Made by a program: the position numbers and the translations under genes | The notes under the pieces: model-generated | What the model saw: the letters and a program-made list of their open reading frames with translations, nothing else | The model's database searches: none | What the model was told of the DNA's origin: nothing | Source of the DNA: Bdellovibrionales bacterium | GTDB lineage: Bacteria; Bdellovibrionota; Bdellovibrionia; Bdellovibrionales; UBA1609 | Assembly (NCBI GenBank): GCA_965199825.1 | Contig: OZ241329.1 | Location: forward strand, 864,001-928,000 | Reading direction: 5' to 3' | DNA length: 64,000 nucleotides | In this document: positions 61,233-64,000 of the stretch, one piece after another | Layout of the letters: every line of letters starts with the position of its first letter | How positions within the stretch are numbered: position 1 is the first letter of the stretch

Positions 61233-61742
61233 ATGAAAATTTTAATCTGTCTTTTTTTGATGATCCCAGCAGTTTCATTTAGCCAAAGCTTAAATGAAGA
61301 AGGCCTTGCTCGGATCACTTATGTTCCTGGCGAAGATCACTACGAAGTTGCGATGAACGAAGTAGATCGCTATCAGGTGGCACTCCCAACATCAGATAAG
61401 GTATCTTCCCTCGCCGATGAGGTCTCAATTTTTTTAACCAAACCAATTGTTGCGCCCTTATTTCGCTTTTTTAAATACTACGCGGTCGTTAAAGGCGGCC
61501 GTTTCGTTGCTGGAAAAGTTGGGCTTTCAGCCACGCGAAGCGTAATTGGGTATGTTGGTTGGCCAACAGTAATTTACGTTGGTATCGCCTCAGCTTTTCA
61601 GTTGGTCGGTGACAGCTTTAATTTAACGGGCCGTGGACTCGGCGCTCTTTATGACTACACTGTCTCGCGACCCACTTTTCATAAAAAGTCTCAGCATCCT
61701 CACTCTCAAGATCAAGCTCCTGCTGAAATTGAAGTTTACTAA
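61233..61742 (+). CDS. Secreted/membrane hypothetical protein, paralog family A (2)
   Basis: Signal peptide (SFS|Q), SIF..PIVAPLF motif. Confidence 0.72.
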   Translation: MKILICLFLMIPAVSFSQSLNEEGLARITYVPGEDHYEVAMNEVDRYQVALPTSDKVSSLADEVSIFLTKPIVAPLFRFFKYYAVVKGGRFVAGKVGLSATRSVIGYVGWPTVIYVGIASAFQLVGDSFNLTGRGLGALYDYTVSRPTFHKKSQHPHSQDQAPAEIEVY

Positions 61743-61775
61743 TTCTAATTAGTTAAACAAATTGGTTAATAAATT

Positions 61776-62237
61776 ATGAAAAATTTGATTTGGATATTTT
61801 TGTTGTTTGGCGCAGTCAGTTTTGCCCAGGCCACTCAGCCTGTTACTGTCAAAGTGACCTACACATTTGGTGATGACCAAATGCAAGTGGCTATGGATGA
61901 CGCCCAAAGTTTTAATGTTGAAATTCCTAAAGAACATCATCGAAAAATTTCGATATTTAAACAACCTATGATTGGCCCAATTGTTCACTTTACCGTTTTT
62001 TATTTAGCAAAAGTTTTAAGTTCCTATCTTGTTCTTCAGTTTGCTTCGGTAAATCCTTATCTGTATCCAATCGTTGCGACCGCAGGCGACATCCTGGTTT
62101 TTTATGCCTTTTTGACTGACGGAACAACTTTGCTGCTGGATTCAATTGATGCAATCAAACCAAAGCTCGACAAACTTCAGCCTCAATCAAAATGGGCCCC
62201 TCGCAGTAATCCCAAATCTTTTCATAGCGTATTGTAA
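61776..62237 (+). CDS. Secreted/membrane hypothetical protein, paralog family A (3)
   Basis: Signal peptide (SFA|Q), F.VEIPK..SIFKQPMIGPIVHFT, NPYLYP. Confidence 0.75.
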   Translation: MKNLIWIFLLFGAVSFAQATQPVTVKVTYTFGDDQMQVAMDDAQSFNVEIPKEHHRKISIFKQPMIGPIVHFTVFYLAKVLSSYLVLQFASVNPYLYPIVATAGDILVFYAFLTDGTTLLLDSIDAIKPKLDKLQPQSKWAPRSNPKSFHSVL

Positions 62238-63235
62238 TGAAACTTTTTTTATTTATTTTTATCTCTGCTTCCTCAAATCTTTTTGCTCAAGTGCCGCCAT
62301 CTGTTTTGAAACTAGAAAAAGATGGGGTCGTGTCTTACATCGTACCTTCACAGTTTATGGCAATCGACAAGATGGGTTTAGCTCCAGAAATCTTAAAGGC
62401 AATTCAGAGTAAACCGAACTATTTGAGTGACACCTCATTACTAAAGACTCCTTCAAGACGGGAATTGCTGCCTCAACTTCACCAGCTGGCATTTTCTCTG
62501 CCGCGTAAAGGCTTAGAAAAAAATGTAGATATAAAAAAATATCTTGGAGCACAAAGTGCCGAATGGAAACTCTATCTCAAATTAATCAATAAGTTTTATT
62601 TAGGTTTTTTTAATTCTAACAATTTAGTCTTCCTAAATGGAATCGGTTTTGTTCAGATGAAGCTTTTGCTTCGTGCTCGTTACCTTTCCCCCGCCCTCAG
62701 TTTCGATGCAATTGTTACGACGTTATTGGCAAACAATAGGAATCTGCAGCACTACATACTTCCGTTGCAATTGGATCAACTTGCCGGTGAAATTTCAGGT
62801 ACCATGGCCATTGAAACAAAGGTTGAACTTAACGAAGTGGTTGTAGAAGACGGCGTCGATATGGCCAATGCGTTTAACCTTCTGATCACCCCTGAATCTT
62901 TAAAAAGTTTTTTAACCTATTTGGTTAGGCATCAAGGCGAAGAGCTCAACTTGACCGAAGCCATTACTGCTTTATTAAAAGCAGCGCCTCGTGAGGCGTA
63001 TATCAGGTATGCCTCGGCTCAACGAGCTTGGATGTTGCGATTAGCAAATCTAATTAACGCAAAACATTTGGGTGGAGGAGTAACCGCGTTGATCACCGTG
63101 ACGACATTGCTTCATCCGAATAAAGTTTTAGCAACTCGATTGGGTCAGCTTGGATTTACCATTACGGATATGACAATAGACCACCAACAGCCCTCGTCTG
63201 AGGGATGTTCTGCACTCGAAATTCATTCAAAATAA
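62237..63235 (+). CDS. Secreted protein, degenerate TraB/GumN-like
   Basis: LKLEKDG.VSY N-terminus and R.W..L / L..LGF.I C-terminus resemble TraB/GumN, but the His motifs are missing. Confidence 0.5.
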   Translation: MKLFLFIFISASSNLFAQVPPSVLKLEKDGVVSYIVPSQFMAIDKMGLAPEILKAIQSKPNYLSDTSLLKTPSRRELLPQLHQLAFSLPRKGLEKNVDIKKYLGAQSAEWKLYLKLINKFYLGFFNSNNLVFLNGIGFVQMKLLLRARYLSPALSFDAIVTTLLANNRNLQHYILPLQLDQLAGEISGTMAIETKVELNEVVVEDGVDMANAFNLLITPESLKSFLTYLVRHQGEELNLTEAITALLKAAPREAYIRYASAQRAWMLRLANLINAKHLGGGVTALITVTTLLHPNKVLATRLGQLGFTITDMTIDHQQPSSEGCSALEIHSK

Positions 63236-63298
63236 TTTTTGATTTTACAAAAGCAAGCTAACTATTTTTATTTTGTTTTTGTTCTGTTAAAGAACAGC

Positions 63299-63784
63299 AT
63301 GAAATTTTTTATCGCACTCTCAATATTATTTGGCCCTCTGTCTTTTTCTCAGACAGGCAACAATGTTTTTTTACCTCAAACCAAAAATCAGTTTGCCCAA
63401 ATTTCGGTACGAGCAGGCGAAAAGACCATGCGCGTGGATCTCGAAAATGGCGAAGCCTTCGAAGTGCCAATACCAAAAAAAATTAGGCCTACCGTTTCGA
63501 TTTTTGAAAGACCAGTGATTGGCCCAGTACTTCACTTTACCGCATTCAATTTGGTTTGGTTTTTAAGCTCAAAGATCGGCTTGGCTCTCGGTGATGCGAA
63601 CCCCTATATTTTCCCGGTGGTTCACACAATCGGCAGTTTAATGGTTGTTTATTTCGGTATTACCGACACCGTTCATTTCACCAGAGATTTAATAAATCAT
63701 TTTTCTGCAAAAAAAATAGTTGATGAACCCCAGTCGCAAAACCCCTTGATCAGCGAGCTCCAACCTAAAGCGGACATACTCTAA
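63299..63784 (+). CDS. Secreted/membrane hypothetical protein, paralog family A (4)
   Basis: Signal peptide (SFS|Q), FEVPIPK..SIFERPVIGPVLHFT, NPYIFP. Confidence 0.75.
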   Translation: MKFFIALSILFGPLSFSQTGNNVFLPQTKNQFAQISVRAGEKTMRVDLENGEAFEVPIPKKIRPTVSIFERPVIGPVLHFTAFNLVWFLSSKIGLALGDANPYIFPVVHTIGSLMVVYFGITDTVHFTRDLINHFSAKKIVDEPQSQNPLISELQPKADIL

Positions 63785-64000
63785 TGAAGGCTTTAGGTCT
63801 TGTCTGCTTGCTTTTTCAGTTGCGAGCTCAAGCGACTCAAAGCCTTCCAGCCTTTAAGCTCACCAAAGGAAAGTCTGCTTCCTATCTCGTCGGAACATCC
63901 ATCGACAGGATAAACGACATCCATTTGCCTGCAGAAACAGTGAAATTGATTTTAGCTCAACCCAATAAATTGAGTGATACCAAGATTCCTGTACCCGAAA
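63784..64000 (+). CDS. 3'-truncated secreted protein, paralog of 62237-63235 (TraB/GumN-like)
   Basis: Translated by hand: MKALGLVCLLFQLRAQA..FKLTKGKSASYLVGTS..LPAETVKLI.AQPNKLSDT; ATG overlaps the previous TAA. Confidence 0.65.
   Translation, partial: MKALGLVCLLFQLRAQATQSLPAFKLTKGKSASYLVGTSIDRINDIHLPAETVKLILAQPNKLSDTKIPVPE

Overview
This is a gene-dense, moderately AT-rich chromosomal window. Gene content and style (AstA/AstD cluster, Cys-rich pilin-like proteins, many secreted hypothetical proteins, multi-copy HNH protein) point to a Bdellovibrionota-like predatory bacterium; this is an inference. Most of it is housekeeping: rpsB-tsf-pyrH-frr-uppS-cdsA-rseP-tsaB, rluD-pgeF, mltG, bamD, hpt, rimO-lolA-comF-rlmH-nadD/rsfS-obgE-rpmA-rplU-rng, pilT, deoC-pdp-PNP, asnS, acyl-CoA carboxylase plus methylmalonyl-CoA mutase, tatBC, hemW-grpE-dnaJ-lpoA. 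The best candidate for an undescribed system is a two-copy, inverted ~1.1-1.25 kb module at 11591-12789 and 39878-41123. Each copy has a 274-aa HNH nuclease, a conserved ~250-nt non-coding leader that can base-pair, and three upstream copies of a CGGGCACGA motif. The motif also occurs inside the gene and at the point where copy-to-copy identity ends, and a G+T/A+C strand-skew switch surrounds the loci. Other accessory signals are a single-gene FGE-sulfatase (C-type-lectin-fold) cassette between 34-bp direct repeats, three pilin-like genes including a 940-aa adhesin-like pilin, and an AST-like cluster lacking astB/astE whose M20 enzyme has lost its EE motif. There is also an unannotated 25-aa membrane peptide, recurrent leaderless-type promoters, and a terminal array of paralogous secreted proteins. 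No rRNA, tRNA, CRISPR array, integrase, transposase or reverse transcriptase was recognised.
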